Source: Neoechinorhynchus agilis (Eukaryota; Animalia; Acanthocephala). Taken from it: a DNA stretch of 64,000 nt. How positions within the stretch are numbered: position 1 is the first letter of the stretch; each line of letters begins with the position of its first letter. A program made the translations under genes and the position numbers. Positions 25,899 to 38,577 of the stretch are shown in pieces. A model generated the notes under the pieces. The model was not told where the DNA came from. It saw only the letters and a list, made by a program, of their open reading frames with translations, and did no database searches. The DNA is taken from positions 1,954,389 through 2,018,388 of the forward strand of contig CM121343.1 in the NCBI GenBank assembly GCA_051530055.1, given 5' to 3'.

Positions 25899-28800
25899 AT
25901 GCCATCTAACGGAGACGATGAAATCTCGTTTAAACACACCAGCTCATTCGAACGAATGAAATTTATCGAAAGTCGTCTGAGGGACCCTCAATTTAGTGCT
26001 AACATCAACTGTCTGATGGTTAGAATTTGCCATAAACACTTTTCTTATTCGCGTTTTGTAGGATGCTCTTACTTCAATCGTACATGACCGGTGCACGTGC
26101 TCATTGTCTCCAATTTACGGTCATCAGCGTCCTCGATTACAACAAATCAATACTCCTGTCGCATGGACCAGCTCATCGTCGAATTCAAAATGCCTCGCAA
26201 CTACTGGCGCGGAATGCATTGGAGGAGACTGTTATTATAAAAATAGCCACCAGGAAAAATACTGGCAGAGAGGTGAGTCTTCATGTTATAATCAATCTAT
26301 AACATCCGTAAGGTGAACATTTAAAAATCACAGTAAAATAATTTCGATTTCAAATTAGCTTTGCGCAATACATTGCAGTCACTGTCCTTATTAATGCAAT
26401 AAATTTCTATCTGCGTATTTATGGTGAAAAAGTTAAAGGATAAGTGTTTTATTCGCAGCGAATAAAACACTTAAACAACCTTGTAAAATTATTGTTTAGA
26501 AATCTTCACCCGCGGTAAACGATTATTTCGATTAAAGATGTTTTGAACCTCTTCGGATTCATCATCAGCTTGTTAGTTAGTATCCGACGAGGTTCGAAAC
26601 GTCTTTAATCAAAATAATCATTTACCGCGGGTGTAGACTTCTAAACAATAATTCCAGTCACATTCTCCGGTACCTCACATATCGACATTTTCAACCTTGA
26701 TAAAGGCACGAGATTGTGCTGAAATATCTGATTTAATAAATTCAAGAGTGAATAGTTCAATACTCTACCTCTCACTAATATGAGATAAATATGAAAATTA
26801 GCAACGACATTAATCTTTTTTATCTACTAAAATAGCATTGTACTCATTACCAGTATTTGGGCTTCCACAACCAACTTCTTACTTTTACAGTTGGGTAAGT
26901 GGTAACTCTGCAATTAATTTATCGTTCTGAAGTCTTGTTAATCATACATTAATAATGCCTTTTTAGTGAAGGACGCAGTAATACTTCTAAATAACTGCCG
27001 GATGAATACTCAGGATTTTACGTTTATTAATTTTATTGGAAAAGGTGCATTTGGAAAAGTGCACCTTGTCAGACACAAAGAATCTGACCAGCTTTATGCG
27101 ATGAAGGTGCTTCGAAAATCTACAATGATAAGGAAGGCGAACAGCGCTCTTTTTTGGGCGGAACGTGAAATCATGGCCTTCGCGAACAGCGAGTGGATTG
27201 TAAAGTTACATCACGCTTTTCAGGATTTCGATCATCTGTATATGTTAATGGATTTTGTACCGGGTGGTGATCTTGTTACTATAATGTCTAATCACGATCT
27301 TACCGAATCCGACGTAAAGTTCTACGTTGCCGAAGTCATCATGGCTGTCGAGGCTGTCCATTCCCTCGGATATGTTCATCGAGATATTAAGCCAGACAAT
27401 ATGCTAATCGATGTTGATGGACACATTAAATTGGCAGATTTTGGAACCGCTGCTCAGGTCAGCATTCACGATGGCCTCGTGGACTGCATTGTAGCAGTCG
27501 GTACTCCCGACTATATAAGTCCTGAAATTTTGCATTCCCAATCAACCTCACTACCTTATGGACTTGAAACTGACTGGTGGTCCGTCGGAGTACTGGCATA
27601 TGAACTGTTAGTGGGCGAAACGCCGTTTTATGCTGAATCGTTAGTTGGGACGTACAGCAAAATAATGAACCACGAGAAGTATTTAAAATTCCCGGACTCT
27701 CTAATTATATCTGATAATGCCAAGCATCTCGTTAAGTCTTTTCTACAAGATCGATCAACGCGGTTAGGAAAAAACGGAATAAAGGAAATAAAGGGACATG
27801 CGTTTTTTCAAGATAGTAGTTGGACGTGGGACAACATTAGGAGCACTCAGCCGCCTGTGCTGCCTAAACTTAGCTGCCCTGAGGATACTAGTTATTTTGA
27901 GGAATGTGGAGGAAGCGACGATATTGCACAAGATAGTGAATATTTTTGCTCATGGATGCATTACAGGTCATTGCAGGGTGAATCTTCTTTTGAAAAATAA
28001 TTCAGCAATGAGCGGTTCGTTACTTAAAGTACAATCTTTAATTTGTAAGCAAGCCTAAGTTAAAATAATTTCTTAAAAGGTCATTAGGTCCTTCAATTTA
28101 ATTAATTGCCTTATAGTAAAGCCTAGCGCTCTTTGTTTTGCAGGTCGAAAATCACCATTAGATCAAAATACAATTTTTAGCGATATTTTTGAAGGATTCT
28201 ACTCAAACTTCTCATCCACTGGTCTTAAATTTTTAGAACAGTTTATCCTTGAATGCAATGAGGAGAAGTTTGCTAAATAATTTTTGTATTGAATATAATT
28301 CAGCTTCGCTTTTTGAGTATTCCATAATATCAATATACTCTTGATGTCCTCCTGGCTAATTAAATCCATGAACAATGTACAGCATAGATGGTGAATGTAG
28401 CTTCGAGAAAAAATGCGGAGGCAAACGGGATACCGCATTGAACACTCACGGCGATGGAGAGTCCGACCTGTGTCTCTACTGCGCATTTGTGGGTTTCTCG
28501 TACTCATGTGATCAAACTCCGTTTGCGAATTTGGATGTCGAACCAAATACGGCACTCGATAACGTCGATCATGATAAGACAATTTGCAACGAAGAAGATG
28601 ATATTGACGACCGCTTTAATGGATCTACAATAACGGACAAAAGAAATGATTTTGAATATTCATACAGACAAAAGCACAAGAAATATTTTGAAAAGTGTGA
28701 ATTGTGTGAAGAGCTAACGAAAGAGATCGATGAATTGAAGCATGTTATAGAAGCGCTTGCTGATTGCGAAAAGAAAGATTTATCTACGGATCCTCTAACG

Positions 28801-31104
28801 TTGAGCCTCAGTGAAGACATAAAAGGAATGTCCCCAGAACGAAAAGAAAGTGCTGCTGTCAAATCAGAAAAACACTTATTGCCAATTTTCGAACCTTTAG
28901 TTTCTTGTAATTCTCTAGATCCTGTCTCGATGCACTTTTCGGTTGCGGCTAATAATAATTCTATTGAAGATGATATGGACACTCTATATCGAAGTCAGAT
29001 CAAGAGTCTGACATGCGAACTGAATGGAGCTTTGGAGCGAAATAAGAAATTGCAGAGTGAACTAGATGTAAATCGACGTGAAATCGTCTATATGAAGTCG
29101 GTCATACGAGCTCACAGTAAATTAGATGAGCAACGAACAGTTGTAAGCAGTCGTCTACGTGAATCACATAGGCGAGAAGCTTCATTGTTAGCCGATTTAG
29201 CGGATGCTCGTACTAAGTATGAAGAACTCGCCGATGAGTATGAGCGGATGAATAGACAGCTTAATTCATTGAGTGAAGCTCACAAGAAATCGCTCGCTGA
29301 ATTTGATGCTCTTCGCAAGGAAAAATCGCAGCTTGAAGAAAAAGTTGAACATTTGGTACAAGAATGCAATGAGCGTGATATGTCGAATAACAAGGTTCAG
29401 AACGAATTATCGGATTTAAAACGTCGATATGAAGAGCAGCGTTTGATGAAGGCCGAAACTGTTAAAAAATTGGATCAATTACTCCGAAATCCGGAGGAAA
29501 TTGTGAAGATAAGCGGCCATGTATTAAATGGCTCCTATTGCAAAGGTGATTCAAACGAGAAAAGGTGGATAGGAGCTTGTGGGCGAGCTGGAAATGCGCT
29601 TTTCAAACACGTTGGTTCCCAACAAGTGAAAAGTATACACCGCGTTTTGCCTTAAATGTCCACTTTATGTTTAGGCATATCAGATCCCAAGTTGAAAGGG
29701 TGGAAAATGTACTGTTATGTTTGCTATTCGTACAATTTAAGCTCTGGGTGATTCTTATTCTACTTCGATTTCCGGTGTTCATTGTGTATGCAGGACTCTT
29801 TTCTAAGTGCATTATTAAGCTGAAATTTTGTTTTGATATGATCCCAAGATTCAAAATTTTCCACAAAACTTCACTAGATGGAATAGAGCTTCTGTAAAAT
29901 ATTTCTGCTTTATTTGTTGAGAATCTCGAAAATAGGTCGTTCCAGTGAAAGAAGTGATAGTACAAGTAAAGGGCACGTCGAACACACAAGTCCAATCGCA
30001 AGTGCAATGAGTAGCTATATAAAGCAAAATCGAGGGCATAGGTTGGAACAAAAATGTAAACAACTTGAGCAATCCTTGCGGAATGAAAGGTTAGTTTGGA
30101 ATAAAGAACGCCAGAATCTTATAAAAGAAGTTGAAAGGCAAAGAACGAATGCTTTATGTTATCAAAGAGAGAACTCAGATTTTGAGGAGAATAGCTTTAG
30201 CCACCGAAGTATGATGTTTAAACAAAAGAAAAAACCGGCGAATTTAAACCCCAAATGTTCACTATCGCTGACGGTTGGTAGTAGCGCTCAAACGACAGTG
30301 AGTTCGGATCCATTATCAGTGCTATTGGAAGCGTGGCTGCATTTGCCGTCCAAGCATAATATAAAGCGCAACGGTTGGAAAAAGCAATATTGTGTCCTTT
30401 TCAAGCAGAGTGTCGCGTTCTATTCTAGCGAAAAGGATTTTTTTACGAACGGAACTCCGACCAAGACGATCTACATGAATAACTTAAAGTAGTTTGAGTG
30501 AAATTGGGATTGATAAACTTCACTCAAATTTGCTATATATCATGTCAGAGCCGTTAAACAATGTGATGTGATTCGCGTGGATTCATCGCTGATACCTCGG
30601 ATTTTCCAATTGATTTACGATACGACCTGCGCACTTACGAAGAGTGAGAGAAGTTATGTTTCATCCGGTTTTGGAGAGGCAAATAAGGATGATCGCCATT
30701 CAGTAGTAAGTAAATACAGCAATCATAATAATGATGAGGATGATTGCGCAGTGAGCATCAATAGTCTCGGAGAAGGAAACTTGGATTGTATAGAATATCG
30801 TCATCATTCGTTCATGACAGTATCTTATAGAATCCCGACAACATGCGATGTATGCGGAAAATCGTGCTTTAATTTCTTTAGTCCGCCGGCAGCTATTGAA
30901 TGCACTAGATGTCACCTTAGGAGTCACAAGTGTCACTTATCGGATGAGAAAGCTACGATTGGTTTTTGCGAATTAAAGAACAGTAAGCAGTCAGCGAAGG
31001 TACTTTTGGTATTATGCAATACGGCAAGTCAACAAAATACATGGATAGCTACTATTAGAGCACAGATAGAAGCAAGAAAACAAGTGCAAGGTGGAATGGC
31101 TTGA
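25899..31104 (+). CDS. ROCK: Rho-associated coiled-coil kinase (ROCK/LET-502)
   Basis: N-terminal RLRDPQFSANINCLM|DALTSIVHD, AGC kinase domain (GKGAFG, HRDIKPDN, DFG, VGTPDYISPE; 26966-27966), coiled coil (28383-29570), and a split PH domain (KRNGWKKQY) interrupted by a C1 zinc finger (HSFMTVSYRIPTTCDVC...CTRCHLRSH). Confidence 0.93.
26487..26653. mobile_element. 167-bp fold-back element (71-bp arms, 25-nt spacer) in a ROCK intron, with a hammerhead-like motif on the minus strand
   Basis: Arms 26487-26557 and 26583-26653 differ at 7/71 positions. The minus strand reads CTGATGA-T-GAATC/cgaaga/GGTTC-AAAACATC, and the opposite arm keeps GAAACGTC. Confidence 0.7.
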
Positions 31105-31331
31105 AGATAAATTTTGTGTTTTCATATTATTAACCAACTTTATTGCTTAAGGTCTTACATTTAATGTTCAGCAAGTGTGCGCCAAAACTCATGTAACAAT
31201 TTTAAGGCTATAAAAAACGTGGATGATTGTAACGTTTAAGCTGTTAATACCGAACCTCGTCGCAATGTACGACGGATAAATCGTAAATAATTAAAGCCAA
31301 AGGACTTTTTAAAATATCTGTTTCAGCTATC

Positions 31332-34300
31332 TGAAGTATCTTCACTCTTCATGATAAGTTTTATTAACGTTTTTTCAAAACCTGACCAACTGCAAAAACC
31401 AAAAACAAACGCACACACCCCCAAACATCGTTTGGTCATTATCGATCGGACGCGCAGTGCGTGTCACGATCGCTCACTATATAACATTTCTCCCCTCCTT
31501 AATTGAGACCGGAGGTGTCGCAATCGTTTAACCACTCAGGTCGACGTCGTATTCTCGTACTCCTTCGCAATGGGTCCGTGACATTGAATCCCCTTTCCGT
31601 CTCATTCGTTGGTTCATCATTGATGGGCTCATTGGGCGTTTGTTCCCCGTGCGGCAATTCCCCTGCCTTTGCTATGGCTACTGCTGGTCTCAGGTGATCG
31701 GCGTGTTTCCTCTCTATCCCTCTTTCGGTCCTAACTTCATAGGAGACGGGACCATTTCGATTCTCCACTCGCCCTGAACACCATCGTCGATCATGTTACG
31801 TCTTGCACCACACCTGCTCGTCCTTCTCGAACTCCATCCACTTTGAGCCTTGGTCGTGCTTATCCTTCCATTTTTCTTTGTTTTCCACCCTAGTGTCGTG
31901 GTCGTCCTTGTGAAGGTTATCGAATAGTACTCGAATTGGGCGTCCGAACATCGCCACAACAGGACTTACTCCGGTCGTCGCATTTGGACAGTTTCTGTAG
32001 CTTAATAGAAAGCTTTGTAATTGTTTTTTGTGCGCGCATCGAGGGAAACATCTGAAAACCCTCTCTTTTACTGTTCGAACAAATCGTTCGGCTTGACCGT
32101 TAGTACGAGGGTGGTATGGTGTCCAATAAATAGGTTTGCTTCCATTACTCATTAGGAAATCTTGAAACGTTTCGGATCGGAAGCTTGAACCGTTATCCAT
32201 GACCACCTTTTTTGGCAAACCGAAATGGCAGAATAATCGGCGCATATGAGTGACGAGGGTCGTCGCATCAGTCAAGCGCACTTCGATTACCTCTGGCCAC
32301 TTCGTGAACGCATCGACCACGATGAGCCACATTGTGTTCTGCACTGAACCAGCGTAATCTATGTGGATCCACTCCCATGGAGTCCTCGGCACATCCCAAG
32401 GTATCATGTCCACCTCTGGTTGCTTCCGTTGCCCTTCTTGACACGCCTGACATAGACTCACATAGTCTTCGATCGCTTTATCCAATCGCGGCCACCAGAC
32501 GTACATCCTGGCCAAAGACTTCATCGACGTACACCCGGGATGGCTGATGTACATTTTGAGAACCCAATCTCGCAACGCCTCTGGGATAATCATCCTACCC
32601 AGCCAAAATAGGATGTTGTTTTCGACCGATAGTTCTCCCTTCTTTTCGTAATATGTCCGTAAATCATTCGAAATCACTTCGGGCCATTGTGTCTTGATAT
32701 ACTTACACACCCTCGTCAGCACAATATCGTTTCTTAAACTCCGTTTCAACATCTCTGCGTTTATGAGTTTTGAATCGTCACAATATATTAGATCAATTTC
32801 ATTGACAAAACTCTCCACTGGTTCATTTGAAACTTCTGGTATTCTTGATAGTGCATCGGCATATACATTCTCTTTGCCTTTCATATATTCGATGGTGTAA
32901 TCATATTCGGCCAACACAATCGCCCATCTTCGCAAACGGTTACCATGTATCTGATTCAAGTCTTTTTTATGGCCGAATAACTACGTCCGAATAAGAAGTG
33001 GTGAAATTTCTTTATTCCAAACAATATCGCCCCGGCTTCTTTACCTATTGTTAAATAATTTTTTCCGCAGGTGATAAAGTTCTTGACGCATAAGCGATCG
33101 CTCTCCAGTTTCTCCCTTCCTGCTGCAAGAGTACCGCCCAAACCCCACTTCACTCGCATCACACGACAGGATTACCTCTTTCTCAACAGCATACGGCATC
33201 AACACTTTCGGATGTTCCATCAACTTTTTCGCTGCCATGAAACTATCTTGTTCTATTTTCCCCCATCTCCATGGAATCTTCGAACTGGTCAGTCTGTGAA
33301 GCGGACTACACACAGCGTGCAAATGTGGCAAAAATCGTTCATGGTGTCCTGCTGCTCCGAGGAAGGCTCTCAATTGCGTTCGTGTTTTCGGAGGTGGAAA
33401 ATTTATCATTGACCGCAATTTTGCTTGTGGTGCTCTTATTGTCCCCGATTCCCAGATCATTCCTAAAATCTCAACCTTTTCCTGGAGAAAACAGCATTTT
33501 CCTAACTTCAGTGTTAATCCTGTGTCTTCCAATCTCTGCAGAACTCGACGTAGGTTGTCTATGTGTTGCTCATCGTCGTTTCCGCTTATCACGATATCAT
33601 CTAAGTATACTGTGACATTCGGAATATCTTCTAATAACTGATTCATAAATCGCTGAAATATGAAAGGCGCTGAATAGATCCCAAATGGCAATCTCGTATA
33701 TTGATAATAACCCATAGGCGTTGTAATCGTCAATAGTTTTTGCGATTTTTGTGATATCGGTAACTGTAGGTAGGCATCCTTCAGATCGAGTTTGCTACAT
33801 TTCCATCCGGAACCGATCTTGCTTAGTATATCCTCGATTTTCGGAATTATACAACTGTCTCTTTTAAGATATTCGTTTATAGTGACTCGAAAATCACCAC
33901 ATACTCTGATCCTGTTATTCGCTTTCTTCACGAGAACGATCGGTGTGGCCCATTCCAGCGGTTCTCTCGTCGGATCCACTTTCCTTAGAACGCCGATTGC
34001 TTGAAGCCTGTTCATCTCCTCCAGTAAACATTCAACCACCGGAAGAGGAACTCTCCGTGCCGGAAAATTTTTGGACTCGCATCATCTCTCACTGACAATT
34101 CAACTTGATATCCCTTGATTTTCCCCAACTCATTCGAAAACAGTTTAGCATATTCCTTCTCTGGTTTCATCTCCATCTGATTTATTGGGGATACCACACC
34201 GATCCCCGTCCCTTGGTTTCCTCTCCAGATCGCATCTAACTGCACCGGAACTATACCAACAGCAGATATCCAATTTAGTCCACACAATGCTCTATCCATG

Positions 34301-35569
34301 GTTCGCACCACGGCAACTTCGACCATGGCTCGACGTCCCTCGAATTCCACCTCCATTTGACCAGTTCCCACAGTGTCGAGTGCCTGTCCACCATATGCTT
34401 TCAGGCGAAGACCCTCTCTAAGCGGTTTAGATCCTAATTGTGTCTAAATCCGCATCGGGATCACCGAGACACCGGCACCGGTGTCATATTCCATCTCCAC
34501 TGATCTTCCATTGACTTTAAGAATTAGCGTCCACTTTTGGTTTTGTCCAACAGCGTTGATGTTTCTAATTACTTCTTCCTCCTCTCCAATCTGTTTTACC
34601 TGCTTGACCTGCGATCGGAAACAATTCCGTGCAAAATGGCCAAATCTTCCACAGTTGAAACATCTTCCTCCTCGGCTGTTTGGAAATGTCTGAGAGTTTC
34701 CTCCTCGAAAAATACACGGCTCGTTGCTTTTATGAACTTTTCCACATCGATTATAGATGGTTCTTCTTCGATCATCGGCATGATTCCACTTCTCGAAGTT
34801 TCTCGCCACTACCCGGTCCTTCGTTTGTCTTACCTCCGCTATCACTCGTTCCATTGGGATGCATAGATCTAGGACTTGTTTCATCGATACAATTTTTTTC
34901 CTGTATCTCGTCTGGCCAACGGCACCTTATCTCCGTCTCGATTCGGGCATCGTTCAAACCAATAGCGAAACGATCCCGTAACCGTTCGTCCAAGTTTTCC
35001 CCATAGCTACAGCACACACTTAGCGCGCGCAATCGATCTGCAAACTCGTTGAAAGACTCACCATCTTTTCTATTGGCTTTCGAACGCAAAACGGGCAGCA
35101 AATATTGTCGTAGTTGGCGTAAGTAGATCGGTCATTGACTGAATAATTTCCTGGTAACCAAGATTACCGACATCCTTAGGAAATACATGTCTTTCCAATT
35201 TGCTTAGGTTAGTATCACCCATAAACGCCAATAGCAGCATCGCTTTCGCTTCGGACACCCGTTTCCCGATTCCGCGGATACCTTTTAACCATAGGTGTCA
35301 ATCTAAACGACGAATGCACGTTGTCCATCCTACGCCCGTGGATTCCGAACACGGGTCCATTCGGAACAGTTCTAACTTACGGTCCAAATCCTGAATCCCA
35401 CCGCTGTCACCAATTGAAGTATCTTCACTCCTCATGATAAGTTTTATTAACGTTTTTTCAAAACCTGACCAACTGCAAAGCCCAAAAACAAACGCACACA
35501 CCCCCAAACATCGTTTGGTCATTATCGATCGGACGCGCAGTGCGTGTCACGATCGCTCACTATATAACA
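31332..35569 (-). mobile_element. Full-length Ty3/gypsy LTR retrotransposon, Mag-like, frameshifted gag-pol
   Basis: LTRs 31332-31486 and 35415-35569 (155 bp, 3 differences, TG...CA). TSD CTATC on both sides. PPT at 31487-31499. PBS at 35393-35412 complementary to a tRNA-Leu-type 3' end (gaatcccaccgctgtcacca). Gag CCHC, protease YDTGAGVS, RT YLDD, RNase H and integrase with GPY/F-like tail, spread over several frames. Confidence 0.95.
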
Positions 35570-35660
35570 CTATCCTTTAAGTACTTTTTTCGTGCACTCA
35601 TCGCGAATAACCAAATATAAGTAATAATTTTCAGATTTTATCATTGCCCAAAATGTTATT

Positions 35661-35990
35661 TTGAGCAAAGTGCAAATTACCAATACTATTTACGATAATG
35701 TTCAAGTAGCAATGCACAGCAAATCTAACCACAGGAACGCGGACGACATTATAATTTGCGCAACTAAAGCAGTTATTTTATTGGACATGAACAAGTCTTT
35801 TGATCTTGTTGATCGACCTGTGATCTATAAAGTTCTTAATCATTTCAAAGTACCGAATAATCTCATAGACAAAATAAAGCCTCTCTCGGAAACTATATAA
35901 TATTTTCTTGATTTGAATCCGGGTAAGAACAAATAATTCCTTAGATACGGAGTGTCATCGGCCTCTCCACTTTAACAAAAAACGGTTTGT
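35661..35990 (+). pseudogene. Degenerate non-LTR (RTE-like) reverse transcriptase relic
   Basis: LLDMNKSFDLVDRPVIYKVLNHFKVPNNLIDKIK matches the non-LTR RT 'D..KAFD.V....L...G+P..LI..IK' segment. Confidence 0.5.
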
Positions 35991-36049
35991 TTTAGTCTCC
36001 ACTTTGAGCGAACGACAATGCAAAACATCGATATTTTCATCCTTTGCTT

Positions 36050-38577
36050 TATGCTGATAACTTTATTTTCCTTGTTTATAACAAAAGTGGGGAATTTCGT
36101 GCAGGTATAATTGAGAGTATCATCTTAAAAATACAAAGCATTTGTCCAAATCAAATCCAGCAGTGAAAAGAGTAAACAAGTCTAAATCCCGCCAAGCAAA
36201 ACAGCAGATGCAAAGCAAATTTTAATAAATAAATTAAATATGAACAGGTTTTAACATAACATGAAAAACGTTAACATGGACCTTATGACGTCGTTAATGG
36301 TCACTACATAGGCACCCCTCAAGAAGGTTCTTCCGTTTTTTTTGCGAGGTCTGCCTCGTTTAGGAGGTTCAGTGAGAATGACGGGTGATGTTGGATCGGT
36401 ATACGCTTGTTTGAGGCGATCTATCGGAACGTTCTCGGGTTTTCCACCGAGATCGATCATGAAAAACTTTTCGTTGCGATTAAGTACTTTGTAAGGTCCG
36501 GTATCCGGCGCCTGTATAGGATTCCCATGATGACCGCGTCTGACAAAAACGAACGATGCTCTGCTGAGAGCATTTGGTACAAACGTCGTCAATTTAACAT
36601 GGTTCTCAACGGGCGTGGGAGCAAGAGATTTAACTTTATTACGTCGCCGTTGTAGATGAGTGTGAGAATCGACTTGGCTAAGTGAGGAATTAAGAAAATC
36701 GGCAGCTATGTTGATGGCACCTTCATATACATGCTCTGCTGCCGAGGAATCAACGTCGGCTTTGGGCGCGGTGCGAATTCCTAACAAAATCCAAGGCAAT
36801 TCGTCAATCCAGTTGTTTCCGCAGAGGCGAGCTTTCAAAGCCGATTTCAGATGCCTGTGGAATCTTTCTACCATTCCATTGGATTTAGGATAATACGCGG
36901 TTGTACGGTGGAGCTTCATTCCTAAATGTTCTGAGATTGTTCTCCACAGCTCTGATATGAACTGCCGTCCTCGATCGGAGGTGATGTCGTTAGGAATACC
37001 AAAACGAGCTATCCATTGGCTGATAAGTGCTATTGCACACGTTACGGCGTCGGTATTATTTAAAGGAATCGCCTCGGGCCATCGAGTATATCGGTCTATC
37101 ACGGTTAATAAATGAGTGAAACCTTGTGATGCCGGTAGCGGACCTACTAAATCTATGTGGATGTGATCAAATCGACGTTGCGGAGGTTCGAAAGTAGAAA
37201 GCGGTGCTCGTATGCGTCTTTGAACCTTAGCCTTTTGACATCCGATGCATGAATGAACCCAGGCACCAACATCCTTTGATAAACCAAGCCAAACGTATCT
37301 TGTTTTAACCAATTTACGGGTGTCCATGATGATGGTACCAACGGTCTATCACGGCCAGTCGAAATGTCACACAAAATAGTTTGTCCTGTGCCATTGAAAG
37401 GAATTTCCTTCAACTGTAGCGAGGTATTCGCTGAACGATATGCCTGGATGTGTTGATCAGACTTTTGATCTTCTGCCATCGCTTCAAACGATATTCCTTC
37501 GGAAATACTGGCTAAATAATCAACGCGGGACAATGCATCGGCAACTTGGTTCTCTTGTCCACTAATATGTTCGATATTGGTCGTGAACTCAGATATATAA
37601 TTCAAATGTCGTTGTCGACGGGCTGACTAAGGATCCGAAACTTTTGTCATCGCATAAACTAAAGGTCGATGATCAGTATAAATCGTAAACGATCGGCCCT
37701 CGACGTAATATCGAAAATGTCGGACAGCAAAATACATAGTCAGAAGCTCGCGATCGAAGGTGCTGTACTGTTGTTCAGGTTTACGCAGTTGTTTGCTGAA
37801 GAATGCCAGCGGCTGCCATGAATCGGACACATTCTGCTGTAGAACAACGCCAATAGCGAACTCAAATGCATCTGTACTGAGAGAGATTGGTGCGTCGGTC
37901 ACTGAATGTGAAAGCATCGTTGCGTTTGCTAGAACGGCTTTAGTTTTTTCGAATGCTGAAGCCATTTCAACTGTCCAAGAAAAACTTCGTAGATTTATTT
38001 TACCAGAAAACGCTTGGTAGAGCGGACGCATCGGACGGGCTGCCAAAGGGATGAAATGATGATAATAATTTACCATACCATCAAATCCTTGCAAAGCTTT
38101 GGTGGATGTTGGAGGAGGGAAGCTGCGAATCGCGCTTACTTTATCTGGCAATGGTACTGTACCCCGTCCACTCACACGGTGTCCTAGGAAACCGATCTGT
38201 TCTACCCCGAACTCACACTTATCTGGGTTCAGAACGAGGCCGTACTCCGAGAGTCGATCGAACAATGTTCGTAGATGTTTCCTGTGCTCAAATCGATTTG
38301 AACTCGCGATCAGTATATCATCTAAGTAGACGAAAGCAAAATTCACTCCTGAACAAACCGTATCTATTCCTTACGTCGACCACTAAACCTGAGTGTCGAA
38401 GGAAATCAGCGCCTAGGATAGGGTGTTTAACCGCGACAAGAGTGAACATCCATTCCGTCTGAGTTTTACCAAAATTCAACTGCAATAGCTTGTTGCCGAA
38501 TGTTGAGATTGTTGAAGCTGTAAGTACTCTGCTGGAGTGTTTGGTCTGTTTATCGAGTGTTGTGGCTGGAAGGATGA
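36050..38577 (-). mobile_element. 5'-truncated Ty3/gypsy element (CsRN1-like) with an internal deletion between protease and RT
   Basis: Protease C-half (HPILGADFL) is joined directly to RT FVYLDD, followed by RNase H (YSTFDRELL) and integrase (HIHIDLVGPLP...PPKRGRPRK). PPT, then TGTAGTG LTR start at 36308. The LTR end is not defined. Confidence 0.85.

Noticed and set aside
26884-26900. Possible 4-nt ROCK micro-exon (tttacag TTGG gtaagt)
   Set aside because: Direct splicing from ~26275 to 26967 already keeps frame, and a 4-nt exon would frameshift. Cannot be supported without RNA data.
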